Source of the DNA: Asterionella formosa
Lineage: Eukaryota
NCBI GenBank assembly: GCA_002256025.1
Contig: NKIB01014145.1
Coordinates: forward strand, 1-46,766
Direction: 5' to 3'
Length of the DNA stretch: 46,766 nt
This document shows positions 1 to 11,737 of the stretch, one piece after another. The position numbers and the translations under genes are program-made. Each line of letters begins with the position of its first letter. Position 1 is the first letter of the stretch. The notes beneath the pieces are model-generated. The model was not told the origin of the DNA. It did not search any database and saw only the letters and a list, made by a program, of their open reading frames with translations.

Positions 1-380
1 AAACTTAAAAAGATTAAGCTAAATATCTCAATTGCCGGACCTTCCCATTCAGGATCATTAAATACCGTGGATGAGACGATGTGATGACAGAGAATCATGA
101 TATCACGGGAGACCATGGATGACAACAACACAATTACCGGTAGCTGGACCAGTTACCAGTGCCAGGTACGGATATTAGCTATTACACGCGCAAAATACCA
201 GGTATATGGTACAAGTACCTGGTACTCGGAGTCCTGGTACCGGTACGCAACTCCAAAGGCGGAGTACCGGTATCGTCTACATTTTCTTTTCACCATTCCC
301 TTTCATTTGATAATATATATAACAATCGCAACACTGTTGCCTGTTGAGACCAACGAATTCATCCCAATCCAAGCCAAAAC

Positions 381-992
381 ATGTTTAGAAGAATCCAGAA
401 TGCTCTTTTGTTATTAGTTGTCAGTTGCCTCTCAGCTGTGAACTGTTTTGTCACAGTATTTCGCCCAACGATCCGCCCATCATTCTTGACTGAACGAACC
501 ATGGTCCTACTGACTCGGCGGGATATTTTATCCTTGACTACTACTGCTACTACTACTGGTGCATGTTCCGTGTTGGTTCTCACGTCGTTGCCATCAATCG
601 TGGCAGCAGCAGACGACACGGTCGAGTCCATGATTAACGAATTAGAAGTCAGCAGACAGAAGCTCAAGCCAATCCCTGCGATGATTCAAGCCGAAAATTG
701 GGAGGGAGTTCGACAAATACTTAAGACACCTCCTGTCAATAACTTGTGGAATATGGGTGATGCCAAGAATACAATTCTCAAGATTGCCAAGGCAACAGAC
801 GAGTTTGGATTGGTGGACATTAAGGATGAACTCTCCATCTCACTGCAAATGTGTGATCAACTTGTCTATGATAATGTTTTTGTATACTTTCAACCTGGAA
901 ATGGCAAAGTTAAAGTTAAGGAACCCGCTGATCTTGCTATGAAAGCTATTGCTCAACTTGGGGAAGCGATTGAAATGGCAAAGAGTATTTAA
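381..992 (+). CDS. Plastid thylakoid-lumen protein, probably PsbQ-like helical bundle (203 aa)
   Basis: Signal peptide ending VNC-F (ASAFAP-like), transit peptide, twin-arginine motif TRRDIL, hydrophobic stretch and AAA cleavage site. The mature part is amphipathic-helical (IQAENWEGVRQILK). Confidence 0.65.
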   Translation: MFRRIQNALLLLVVSCLSAVNCFVTVFRPTIRPSFLTERTMVLLTRRDILSLTTTATTTGACSVLVLTSLPSIVAAADDTVESMINELEVSRQKLKPIPAMIQAENWEGVRQILKTPPVNNLWNMGDAKNTILKIAKATDEFGLVDIKDELSISLQMCDQLVYDNVFVYFQPGNGKVKVKEPADLAMKAIAQLGEAIEMAKSI

Positions 993-2089
993 GTTCAATT
1001 ATAATTAAACAGTAAGACCTACGTTAAACGTTTACACATCATGTTTCGATTTTGGACGGAACAGCATATAAAATGTCTTTATCAAATGAATGAATCAGAC
1101 AATTGCTGCGGTATGGAGTCCAGAGTGATAGACGGCATCTGCAGTAGGGTGAGCACACTTCTCGGGTGGTCGTGAAACTGGAGAACCCATTTCGTGATAC
1201 CCTTCGCGAACGCGTGAACATTCCTCTTCCAAATACTTTGAATCCAATGTCAACTCATAGAGTATGGCATTGAGGAGTTGGGGAGTCATTAAAGGCTTCC
1301 TTTCTGGCTTTGGTGTCAATCTCATCATTAATTGCTTCTGTTGTTGCGATAGTTTGTGTGTTGAATTATTACTTTTCAGGTTATGATTGTCCCGTGACTT
1401 CATGAGAGAATTATGTTTACAATACTATGTCACCTTGAAGCGAACTCCTGTGTCATCCCACTCCATTTTACTCTCCCTAGATACGAGGTAGTGAAACCCT
1501 GACGCGCAGAGCTAGCTTGAAGAAATCGTCAATCATGAGAACCATGCTTGTCACGAATCCAATCACAAAGAATTTCACACAAACAATTGTGGAGGTCAGT
1601 GGTTTCTGTTCTGTGTGTTAACAACGTAATATCCGGTAAGATGGACAGACTCGACCGCGCCATAATTTCCTTAGGGTGAATGTCGTATTCATATTTATAT
1701 ATATCATGATATGTATAAAACTGTATCTTTACGGTACCAGGGTACTAGGTACCGGTTGTATAGTCCCAGGTACTCCGTACCAAATTGGGTATTCTCCCCC
1801 TGCCGCCATTGTAGGAATCATCGCTCCAGCGCGCTTTGGTGATTGAAATGTTTATGGTTACCAGATAACAACAATGTAACAAAATGCATGCAGGGCGGGA
1901 TGATCGCGGCAAGGTGTCTCTATGATCGCATTTATCTATTCTTACTCGTCCACCGGTATTATCTGTCTACTGTAGCATAAACCACTGAGCCGCCACTCTT
2001 CTATTGCACCTCCAGTTCCAATAGTCCAGACTTTGCCAACGCCAAAAGGCTGAGCAAAGTTTTTTGAGAATAGAAACGACGACAAAACA

Positions 2090-5000
2090 ATGATGATGAC
2101 AAGAAAGCGTCGGGCGTCAGAACAAGCGGCTCCGTCGATCACATTATGGAGATGTTCTGTGTGTACAAAAGAAAAGACTCGACGACGATGTGATTGTCAG
2201 AGACCAGCATTGGAAGATTTAACGAATTCGACAACAAAAATGTCCAAAGTTGGGTCTTGGATCCAGCAACGAAAACGCAAGAGGCAAGAGATCGCGGTCA
2301 TGCTGCACTACTCGGTCGAAACAACCGTCACAGTGCGGCTTCGAATCCACGGAAAGGTGGATCGACATATTTTAGTAGCAAGTGTCAGGATGAATAAGCC
2401 TCAAGAAGGAACATGGAAGCCCGATGCCATAAAGTCTCCGAAGAAAGATGAAAATCCAGAGTCAGCGAGCGAATCAGCGGCAGATATCAATGTTTTTCCT
2501 TCTTCACCTGCGGAAGCATACCTGGAAAAAGGTTCAGGGAATCAACTGACTCAACATCAAGAAGCCACAGCGAGAGTCATCGCGCTTACCTCTCTTGTTT
2601 CTGATCTACCAATTGCAACAGTACAACAATCACATCAGAATCTCAGATCCTGCACATCAGATAAAGATCCATCATCGAAAAGTCAGACTGGCAAAGCGTC
2701 TAATGTTTGTATATACCCTGTTTGCGCAGAGAATGCATCAAATTTTGAAACTGAGCAATCGGAAGCTTCGGGGAAAGAATCTACTGCGGATTCAATCACA
2801 CGTGCGAAGAGTGACATTGAAAATTCTTCCGGAAAGAAAATTCAGCAAGGCAACCAATTCGAATCGCAACGACACACGCAAGTTGCAATGTTTAACGAGG
2901 TTACCAACTGCGAGGTCCGTTTGTGTTGTCCTCCGCCAAGCGGCCAGAGTTTCACTCAAGGTATTGGTTTCTCGCAGATTATGACTCAACAAAATGGAGG
3001 CTTTACTTATACTCAATACCAATCTAGCCAGTCTCAAGAAGCAATTTCTGCATCGATAAATGACATGGGTTGTACACCAGACGAAGAACCAGGTTGTTCC
3101 CCGCCGTCCCCATTGACTAAAGGTGGAAACTACAAGTTTAAAAGGAAGGAGTCAACCAAATCAATTGAAGTGGTTTCCATTTTGCCTAGAGATTTCAGAG
3201 CTGGAAACCTGGAAAAGGCAGATTTAGACGATCATGTGAAGGAAGGATTTCCCATTGGTCTATCTCCTTGTGACTATTTCAAAAATGAACACAGCAAAAG
3301 AGGAATTAACAATACCCAACCGAATTCTGTCCCCATGTTTCGCAATGATGAACAGAGCGCCGAAAATATCGGTGCCGGAGACGGTACAATTTTTGATGGT
3401 AATTCAAGCCATGACTCGGTTGATCCTTCTGATAACGAGCAACTACCATACCTTCCATCGGACGCTCCTTTCTCACTGCCTGCAATCGAGTTTCGTACAG
3501 CAGGGCGCTCGTCATTGATATCGGTCTCAGAAGAAGATATCGTGAAAGCGAAGAAGCTACTTTTAGATACCAACCTCGAGGCAGATTCAAAACTCCACTC
3601 ACATCACGTGGTATCCACTGAAGGCCAATGTATCCAGTCCGACATGAACTTGGCTTTAGCATCAAATTTAGTTCACTCGTCGAACTTTAAAGGTGGGAAC
3701 TCCAGCGGTAAAGAACTACCCGCTTATGAATCAGTACATTTCGCAACTGCTGACAGGGACATGAAAATTATGATTTCCGACGACTCAATGGTCAATGGAA
3801 AGGCGTTCGTGAAACGAGGGAATAGTGGCGCAGAACACTCGATTTTTTCTACAGTTGCATCACCGATTTGCTTCAATACAAGTGGAAAGCGATCAGAAAT
3901 CAAACTATCTAAAGAAGCAATTATCAAGGCTGGAATGTTTTGGGTTTGCAATAAGGACGAACATTCCACAACGAAACCAGACTGTAAGCAGATAGACGCA
4001 ATCCCGACAAAGTCGATCGAACCAGTTTCAGAATTTCTTGATTTCGTTTCAGTAGCATCAACCACAAGAGGAGCGATGAGAGGCCACGTATCTCAATCCA
4101 AACAGATTACCAAGCTAAATAGTCATGCCTCAAAGATCGAGAATGAAACGGAACAAATCTCAGATCAGGCCATTGCCGACTCGAGTCGCTTGTTCAAATC
4201 AGAGAATCCGTCCACGATCCCCCAAATTATGTCGTTTGCAACAGCTGGAAAAGGAATAAAACTCTCAGTTTCTGTGGAGGCAATGGCGAAAGCAAGTATT
4301 TTGCTCTCAAGTGACAGTGCACCTCCCGTTGTGGAGTCACAAATATTTTTTGATGTAAATTGTGTATCTGCCTCGAGTGAGGTTCGAACTATCAATCAAG
4401 GTAATCCAAAAGATGCTCTGAATTCGGTCATGGACGAATTGAGTGGCAGCGGCGACCAGGATTGTTCACTCGAGCATCCGCCAGATAATGCTATTGCTAC
4501 GCCGGTTTCATTTTCAACTGCAGGCAAGGGTATAATTGTGCAAGTGTCAGGAGAAGCATACACCAAGGCAAACAAACTTTTGCAGGCTGAAAATGTCAGC
4601 TATGATTCGTCTGGATTTTGTTTGAAAGACAAAGTTGCTGGGTCTGTCGCAAGTTTTGAACCTTCCAATATATCCGGCAAAAGACAGAAGGTAAACACCG
4701 CCGGTCACGGCGTTGGTGCAAAAAATTCTAAGTTGACCATCGAGGACGATGTGATCATTGCTTCGAAGCTTGACACTGATAGGAAATTGGCGCCTTCTGT
4801 TTCCTTCACTACTGCTGGAAAGGGAGCTACTCTTTATGTCAGTGAGGATGCGAGATCGTTAGCTATTGCCCCACTGTCATCAAGACCACGGATTTCTCGT
4901 CCTGAGCCTATTTCTGATTTGGTTTCATTTGCATCTGCTGGCAAAGGTATCATTGTACAGGCGTCAGACGAAGATTGCACCAAGGCAAACGAAATATTGG

Positions 5001-8000
5001 AGGGCGGAAAGGTCAATTATGTTTCATTGGGATTTCACTCGCAAGGCAAAGTTGCTGGGTCTTTCGCAAGTTCTTGTCCTTTAAACACAACTGGCAATGG
5101 ACCGAAAGTGTACACAAACGATCACAGTGTTGACGAAACAAATCCTTATTTGCCCCTGGAGGGCGGAAAGGTCAATTATGTTTCATCGGGATTTCACTCG
5201 CAAGGCAAAGTTGCTGGGTCTTTCGCAAGTTCTTGTCCTTTAAACACAACTGGCAGTGAACTGAAAGTACACACCGACGTTCACAGTGTTGACGAAACAA
5301 ATTCTTATTTGTCCATCGCGGTTGGTTCGATCATTGCTTCAAAGCCAGGTACTGATAGGAGATCTTCCTTCCTTACTGCTGGAAAGGGAGTGCCTCTTCA
5401 AGTCTCTGAGGATGCGAGATCCCGAGCTATCACCCTCCTATCATCTAACTCCCAGGCATTCTGTCCGGAGCCTGTTTTCGATGAGGGTAACGTGCACACT
5501 TCGACGTGTACTGCAAGTTCAAAAGTGAATTCGGGACCTATAGTTCCCTTTGCCACAGAAGCAATGGACGAGTTCGAGGATCAAAGCACCTTAATTGAGT
5601 GCCAGTCCACACAGTGTATAGTATCCGAAAATTGTGATTACAGCTTGCAATTGAGCTCAAGCATGAAGGGCACCTCCCAAACAGTTTCAACTGCTGCGAA
5701 ATTACTTGTGTCAAATGGCACAATGATTCAGGCCAATGCGGATTTAGATTCCCATCACTGGCAAGTTGCTGATAGTGGTGATGGAACAAAACGTGGAAAA
5801 AGATGCGACCTAGAAACTTTCATTGACGAAACCGACTCAAGTCACATGTTTGAATGTGAGTGCTCAACTGCATTGGAGATAAAATCTCAATCACAAACCG
5901 CTGGTCAAAATAGTATGACACCGAGTGCTAGTCGTTCGATACAATCGCAGAATTCTATTTTACGTTTCGACCACCATGAAGACTCGGCGGGGCAGCAAAA
6001 TCAACCTGTCTGGAATCATCGAAATGGTCGGCGACGAATATCTTTTGGTCCCGACGATGCAAAGCATGAGGATGTCATGTCCATTTCTACTGCTACTCCG
6101 AAAGGCGCTACTTTGAAGGCTGCTATTGCTGTCACGAGATCAACGAACATGAAGAATCCCTATCAGAGAAAAAGGACGTTAGCAAAACAAGACTTGTCAC
6201 CGCTTGAACCTTGGTCACCGGTGGCAATTCACTTCAAAGAAGACGAAAGAATCGAAGGTGAAAATTTTCAGCGGATTCAAATTAGTGGACCCTCTCGTGG
6301 CATCAAAAAAGCTTCGACCAGTGATGGAAAAGATGAATGTGTCGTATCGAATGACGAGGGGTCGCTGAAAATTTTTGTGAATAATTCAAACTTTTGTCCT
6401 CCACACTGGACAGAGCATGTTCAAGATTGCCTTGATGATGGAGTACATCCTGTGATTATAGAAATTGACGCCATGAATGCTACGAAATTGAGATTTGATG
6501 CTGATAGTGGCTCACCTTGTACCTTGTTCGGGCGTCCAAATCCGTCTGGGAAAAAAGCTATTGGTGGATCAAAAGACCTTAGGGACGCATTGGTGACGCT
6601 GGGTTGTGAAGGTAAATCGTTCACTGACAAATGGCTTGCTAATCATACTCGATGGATTGTGTGGAAATTAGCATCAATTGAGCGCCGCTTCTCGTCGAGC
6701 ATCGCTAGAGAATACTGCACTTTTGATCGGCTTGTTTCATGTCTGAAATCACGTCATGTGAAGGAAATCGAAGGTGGGCAACGTTCTGCACTCCGAAAAA
6801 TCCTAAATCGTGATGTTGCAGCAAGTCGCATGATGATACTTTGTGTTAGCTATATCTTGCCTCCTTCGACGTCAAAGAAGGGGCATGCCAACGAGAACCA
6901 GCCTATTTCAAGCCAGGCTAGTCCAGAAAGCAAAATTGAGTTGACGGATGGATGGTACGGAGTACAAGCTGTTCTGGATTCGAAGCTACGTGATCTCGTC
7001 GAGTGTGGCAGGATAGTTGTGGGGACGAAGTTATTGGTCTGCAACGCTGTTTTGAAGGGCGCAGACGACGGAATCGATCCGCTCGACGACAAATTCACAT
7101 CAGTGAAATCCAATTCTATTGCTGGATTAGCGTTGCTAGCGAATTCTACTCGGCTGGCGAAGTGGGATGCCAAGCTAGGATTTGTCCCACCTTCAAAGCT
7201 TCAGCGACAAAATCGAGGTGTCTTGCTGGTCCGTTCACTGTCCGATGTGGTACTTGGTGGCGGGAACATCTCCATGGTGGATTTGATTGTTTGCAGGGTG
7301 TACCCAGTGTTGTACTTAGAAAAAACGGGAAAAGCTTCCATGGGGGATAGTCGTCCTCCTGTGCTGTCAATATCCGAAGAGCATGATCGAAGAATTGAGT
7401 TCGAAAGGAAGAAGCAGAAGGCTATGGAAACAATGTCAGATTCAATTCAGCGAGAATGTGCTAGGGTGGTCGATGAAATGGCACCGGATCTGTGGAAGGT
7501 TTTATTGAAGAGTAGTTTCCCTGAAAGCTTCTATGAACAGCTTTCAGCGGCTGACAAGTATTCCATTGATAACTGGAAAGAAAAAAGAACTGGTATTCTA
7601 TTCGACAGAGTTCGAAATGAGTTGAATGCCCAGCTCGAGGTCGATGAGTCGATCTTTCGAGAAAGCACGCCATTTATTCGTGCTTACGTGAAATCTCATA
7701 CCCCTGTTCATGGGAGTTGCCAAGGTGCCACTCTTACCCTTTGGAACCACACAGAGGAACAGTTGGCTCTGTTGAAGGAAGGGACCGTGTTACGCGTTCA
7801 GAACTTGTCCGTAAGGGATTCGAAGTATGAGGGTTTGTTACAGCTAACAGCTGGAGCAAAAACGCTGATGGGACCATCACCTCGTGGCAAATTAGAACAA
7901 CTTCCAGGCTACATACCTCGCAGATTTACCAAGTTGGTTGCGGTGCATGCCATGTCAAAGAAGTTGGAAAATAGAAATCTTCTGGCTTCCCCAGACACCG

Positions 8001-8752
8001 AAGTTGATACAGTCGGCGTTGTATTGAAAGTAGCAGTTGAAGAACACCAATACTCCATATACATGACTGATGAATCCGGTCTCATTGTTCGTGTTATACG
8101 TGAGGGATCATTAAAAGATACAGACCCACTAAAGTGTCTGAGCTCAAATGCGGAGCAAAACTTGGAGTCTCCGATCATCTCGTCTTTTCGGGACCTTCGC
8201 GTGCTTCCGTATGACCGAATGGAGGCTTGTGCCGTGGTTGTCTTCACGTCGAATTCTAGTACATTCACGAAGCCCAATTCACGAGCATCCAAGCTCCAGA
8301 CTTGGGCTGCACATTCTTCCCTTCTACTTCGAACGGCTGCACTTTTAGATGTCGGCTTGCCGATGACTCTTCGTGTCGACGACGACAAGAGTAACAAGAT
8401 TGCACTAGGATACATCATGGGGTTGCAACCTCAAAAGGGCAGCCAGACGATCAAGGTCCAAGTCGACTGCCACGCTCTATCAGACCTGCAAGTTTGGTAT
8501 CTACCGCTGTTTCTTTTCCATGATACCATAGCCCTTCTTGAAGGCTCATCTGGTAGACTTTCTCTCAAACCAGAAGAAGAAAGCAAGTATGCCAACCTAA
8601 AAGTGCTAGGCAAACTTCTGGGTGGTCGAGGAGTACTTCTTCGGTTTGGTCTGAAACGAATGGGTACAGGCTACGAAATTCATGAAATCTCGGCCGTGAA
8701 TGCTCATGCACTTGCCAACATTTACCTGTCAATGAATGAAGCAGACGTATGA
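2090..8752 (+). CDS. BRCA2: BRCA2 homolog (2220 aa): BRC repeats plus helical/OB-fold DNA-binding domain
   Basis: Eight F-x-[TS]-[AS]-G-K-like repeats followed by VS..A..KA..LL. DNA-binding-domain motifs WLANHTRWIVWKLAS, RSALRKIL, ELTDGWY, ANSTRLAKWDAKLGF and ATLTLW. The exact start codon is uncertain. Confidence 0.95.
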   Translation: MMMTRKRRASEQAAPSITLWRCSVCTKEKTRRRCDCQRPALEDLTNSTTKMSKVGSWIQQRKRKRQEIAVMLHYSVETTVTVRLRIHGKVDRHILVASVRMNKPQEGTWKPDAIKSPKKDENPESASESAADINVFPSSPAEAYLEKGSGNQLTQHQEATARVIALTSLVSDLPIATVQQSHQNLRSCTSDKDPSSKSQTGKASNVCIYPVCAENASNFETEQSEASGKESTADSITRAKSDIENSSGKKIQQGNQFESQRHTQVAMFNEVTNCEVRLCCPPPSGQSFTQGIGFSQIMTQQNGGFTYTQYQSSQSQEAISASINDMGCTPDEEPGCSPPSPLTKGGNYKFKRKESTKSIEVVSILPRDFRAGNLEKADLDDHVKEGFPIGLSPCDYFKNEHSKRGINNTQPNSVPMFRNDEQSAENIGAGDGTIFDGNSSHDSVDPSDNEQLPYLPSDAPFSLPAIEFRTAGRSSLISVSEEDIVKAKKLLLDTNLEADSKLHSHHVVSTEGQCIQSDMNLALASNLVHSSNFKGGNSSGKELPAYESVHFATADRDMKIMISDDSMVNGKAFVKRGNSGAEHSIFSTVASPICFNTSGKRSEIKLSKEAIIKAGMFWVCNKDEHSTTKPDCKQIDAIPTKSIEPVSEFLDFVSVASTTRGAMRGHVSQSKQITKLNSHASKIENETEQISDQAIADSSRLFKSENPSTIPQIMSFATAGKGIKLSVSVEAMAKASILLSSDSAPPVVESQIFFDVNCVSASSEVRTINQGNPKDALNSVMDELSGSGDQDCSLEHPPDNAIATPVSFSTAGKGIIVQVSGEAYTKANKLLQAENVSYDSSGFCLKDKVAGSVASFEPSNISGKRQKVNTAGHGVGAKNSKLTIEDDVIIASKLDTDRKLAPSVSFTTAGKGATLYVSEDARSLAIAPLSSRPRISRPEPISDLVSFASAGKGIIVQASDEDCTKANEILEGGKVNYVSLGFHSQGKVAGSFASSCPLNTTGNGPKVYTNDHSVDETNPYLPLEGGKVNYVSSGFHSQGKVAGSFASSCPLNTTGSELKVHTDVHSVDETNSYLSIAVGSIIASKPGTDRRSSFLTAGKGVPLQVSEDARSRAITLLSSNSQAFCPEPVFDEGNVHTSTCTASSKVNSGPIVPFATEAMDEFEDQSTLIECQSTQCIVSENCDYSLQLSSSMKGTSQTVSTAAKLLVSNGTMIQANADLDSHHWQVADSGDGTKRGKRCDLETFIDETDSSHMFECECSTALEIKSQSQTAGQNSMTPSASRSIQSQNSILRFDHHEDSAGQQNQPVWNHRNGRRRISFGPDDAKHEDVMSISTATPKGATLKAAIAVTRSTNMKNPYQRKRTLAKQDLSPLEPWSPVAIHFKEDERIEGENFQRIQISGPSRGIKKASTSDGKDECVVSNDEGSLKIFVNNSNFCPPHWTEHVQDCLDDGVHPVIIEIDAMNATKLRFDADSGSPCTLFGRPNPSGKKAIGGSKDLRDALVTLGCEGKSFTDKWLANHTRWIVWKLASIERRFSSSIAREYCTFDRLVSCLKSRHVKEIEGGQRSALRKILNRDVAASRMMILCVSYILPPSTSKKGHANENQPISSQASPESKIELTDGWYGVQAVLDSKLRDLVECGRIVVGTKLLVCNAVLKGADDGIDPLDDKFTSVKSNSIAGLALLANSTRLAKWDAKLGFVPPSKLQRQNRGVLLVRSLSDVVLGGGNISMVDLIVCRVYPVLYLEKTGKASMGDSRPPVLSISEEHDRRIEFERKKQKAMETMSDSIQRECARVVDEMAPDLWKVLLKSSFPESFYEQLSAADKYSIDNWKEKRTGILFDRVRNELNAQLEVDESIFRESTPFIRAYVKSHTPVHGSCQGATLTLWNHTEEQLALLKEGTVLRVQNLSVRDSKYEGLLQLTAGAKTLMGPSPRGKLEQLPGYIPRRFTKLVAVHAMSKKLENRNLLASPDTEVDTVGVVLKVAVEEHQYSIYMTDESGLIVRVIREGSLKDTDPLKCLSSNAEQNLESPIISSFRDLRVLPYDRMEACAVVVFTSNSSTFTKPNSRASKLQTWAAHSSLLLRTAALLDVGLPMTLRVDDDKSNKIALGYIMGLQPQKGSQTIKVQVDCHALSDLQVWYLPLFLFHDTIALLEGSSGRLSLKPEEESKYANLKVLGKLLGGRGVLLRFGLKRMGTGYEIHEISAVNAHALANIYLSMNEADV
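3491..5445 (+). repeat. BRC repeat array within BRCA2 (8 repeats)
   Basis: Phe codons at about 3491 (FRTAGR), 3740 (FATADR), 3872 (FNTSGK), 4235 (FATAGKG), 4511 (FSTAGKG), 4805 (FTTAGKG), 4928 (FASAGKG) and 5369 (FLTAGKG). Confidence 0.85.
4998..5312 (+). repeat. In-frame 159-bp (53 aa) tandem duplication inside BRCA2
   Basis: TGGAGGGCGGAAAGGTCAATTATG... begins at 4998 and again at 5157. The protein reads LEGGKVNYVS[LS]GFHSQGKVAGSFASSCPLNTTG twice. Confidence 0.95.
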
Positions 8753-9100
8753 ATCTGGAGAATGGTTAGTACGGTGACTATAGACACACAGTTCCACAAT
8801 ACTATTGAAATTTTATTAGACCGACCCTATGGTATCATAGCTCTTTTAGCAAATGTGCATTCATACACTTTCCTGTTTGTTGTGAAACATACATCATACA
8901 GAATATGATGTGTTGAGCACTCGTCACCAAGTCTTCAGGGAATTCAAAATTCTATACGGTTTTTATGTTTATTTGTAATTTATTACAACCAACCTTAGAC
9001 TACCGGTATGGATATAATTTTTAATATTATAAGACTGCTAAGAATAGCATTTCCACTGCCGCTTGCGCCTTGAACCTAAAAAATTATCGCATTCTTCATC

Positions 9101-10754
9101 ATGTCGTTTTCGTTGGATTTCTTGTTTCCGTCGCTGACATTGATTTTGTACACCATTCTCGCAGGCTGCGTGCTATTAGTAACAGTGATCATTTGCTCTC
9201 TTCGCTGGACGCTTCGACGAAAGGCTCCGAGTAAATCGAGTCCCAGAGAGATTGCTTTCTTTCATCCATTTTGTTCGGCAGGAGGAGGTGGGGAACGAGT
9301 CCTCTGGAAGATCGTGGAAGCATTGGGACAGCTCGACGATCAAGGATTGGCATTAAAGGTCATTATTTACACAGTTGATACTCCACAGGAAAACTATCGA
9401 CAAGGTAAGTGAGAGCGTTACATTTTGATTGCAACAAGAAGATGCATCGGAAGGAAATGTAACACTTAAACATAGATTTCCCCCTTCACGATTCGCGTCG
9501 CTAAAATGATTTGTATTAGATTTGCTACAACAGGTCAGAACGCGGTTCTCTATTGTCCCGCCTCTTTCATTGTCCATTGATTTTGTCCATCTGCATGAAT
9601 ATTCAAGATTTTTGAGTGAGTGTGCGGATGGATAATGCGAAGCTATGATCGTTTTGCAACACAAATGTCCAGTATGGATGCTTATACTCACGTTTTCATC
9701 CCCAGAACGGTCTAATCGTTTCTCCCTTGTGGCTGAATCATGGGGAACTATGATGTTGGCGTACAAGGCACTGAGCACTAGAATGCCTCACATATTCATT
9801 GACACAACTGGGTGCGCCTTTACTTACTTTGTTGCCAGAGTTCTGGGTGGATGCAAGGTCGGAGCTTATGTTCATTATCCGACAATTAGCACAGATATGC
9901 TTGCACTTGTTTGGTCACGCCGACCGACTTATAACAACGATTCTCAAGTCACCAAGAGCTTATTGATTACCTATGCTAAAACATTGTACTATGTTTTGTT
10001 CGCAGTTGCATATGGGTTTGTTGGAAGTTTGGCAGTTCTAGTTCTGGTGAATTCGACTTGGACATTCTATCACATTGTATCGATATGGAGAGGAGCATCG
10101 AAACGAATAAAAATTGTCTTTCCTCCTTGTGATGTGACGAACTTGCAGAACCTGCCATTGGAAGGACGGAATTTAATTGTTATCTCGATTGGTCAATTTA
10201 GGCCAGAAAAAGATCATGCACTTCAGATCCGATCTCTTGCTTTGTTGAGGGAAAAGTATCCAAAATGGAATTTGGTCAAACTTGTTTTGGTCGGAAGCTG
10301 TCGAGGAAATGAAGATGAAACAAGGGTCGAGGAACTCAGAAAATTAGTCCTCGCACTAGGTCTTGTCGAATCAGTTGACTTTGTGTTGAACCAACCATAT
10401 TCTGTTGTGAAAGATTGGTTTGGAAAGGCAAGCGTTGGAATACACACCATGTGGAATGAGCACTTTGGAATAGGTGTTGTGGAAATGATGGCGGCAGGGT
10501 TGCTTGTAGTTGCACACAATTCTGGTGGTCCAAAAGCTGACATTGTTACTCCTTTACATGGCAACAAGCAAACAGGCTACCTTGCCGCAACTGACGAGGA
10601 ATATGCAGATGCAATGAATGCAGCATTCTCATTAGATAATGCAGCAGCAATTGAGATGCGACGAAATGCAAGAATTTCAGCATGTCGGTTTTCAGATGAA
10701 GTATTTAATGAAACCTTCAAAAGTGTTTTCCTAGAGTCTGGAATTATGAAATAA
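9101..10754 (+). CDS. ALG11: GDP-Man:Man3GlcNAc2-PP-Dol alpha-1,2-mannosyltransferase; exons 9101-9404, 9520-9615, 9706-10754
   Basis: Motifs IAFFHPFCSAGGGGERVLW, FIDTTG, YVHYPTISTDM, IGQFRPEKDH, HTMWNEHFGIGVVEMMAAG and HNSGGP. Introns gtaagt..ttag (9405-9519) and gtgagt..ccag (9616-9705) restore the frame. Confidence 0.95.
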
Positions 10755-11647
10755 GCAGAAGAAATGTAAAGTATCATCTGAATGCCTGGATATTTTAATT
10801 AGGCATAGTAGATTTATTAATCACGTGTTATACCATGTATGCCAAATGGGCAGAATATTAAGTTGAAGAACATATTAGCTTGACTGTACTAATCTGGATT
10901 ATATATTTTTGTGGATATACCTGTTTGACTCATCATGATTTGAGAAATGATATTCATAGTAAATTCCTATGTAATTATTAGAACCATTACTGTAGTTTCT
11001 TAGATGCAATCATTGAAATGATGAATATGCGTAAACAATAAGGGAAACAATCACCAATGCAGTCATCTTTTAACACATTGGTATTTTTCTTCTCATCTTC
11101 ACAATATGATGATTGTTCCTAGTCAATCCATGGAAGGTAAGAGTTATGATTTTGGGATAATGAGATCATAGTTTGTGAAGACAGTGGTTGCTGCCAATAC
11201 TTGTATCAGGAGATCAAACTAAAGAGTTTGTTTTTGATGAGTATTTCATCATTGGGCAGTAGTTTCTGAGCATTATACAGAATTCATGTTGATGAGTATA
11301 CTATCAGCCTCTAATTGACCAGCAGCTGGCAGTACTCAGAATATTGGCTTCCATGGTAAAAGATGAAATAATCATGATCAGCTGTCATTCAACTGCCTCA
11401 TCGAAGGGACTCAACACATCATTCACAATGTCATGGAACATTTCTTAAATAGGAAAAGATGAATAAAAGCTAAAGTTACATAAAAATAAAGAGGCAGAAT
11501 CGTGCATTGCATCAAAACAGGAACAGTATACCTGTAGTCTATGTAGCACCTCATGTTACCAATGGACGATCACTCATTACTCAGTATAGCTATACGAGGT
11601 ACCAGGTACCGGTACTCAGAACACGGACTTATTTTTGTTGATTACCA

Positions 11648-11737
11648 GCAAGTTGCGGTAATTTTGCTGAAACTAAAGATTTAGCTATCTTTATCCCTGA
11701 TTAAAATGTTAGTTTAAGCAAAATGACCGCAACTTGC
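11648..11737 (+). mobile_element. ~90-bp palindromic MITE-like element, copy 1
   Basis: Terminal inverted repeats GCAAGTTGCGGTAATTTTGCT ... AGCAAAATGACCGCAACTTGC around a core containing TTTAGCTATCTTTATCC. Homologous copies occur elsewhere in the window. Confidence 0.75.

Noticed and set aside
1095..1663. Minus-strand 102-aa ORF with short upstream frames
   Set aside because: No recognisable domain, and I could not build a convincing spliced model. It may be a small gene or a remnant.
2194..8613. Many antisense and alternate-frame ORFs overlapping BRCA2 (and likewise the other long genes)
   Set aside because: Shadow ORFs of real coding sequence with no independent motifs.
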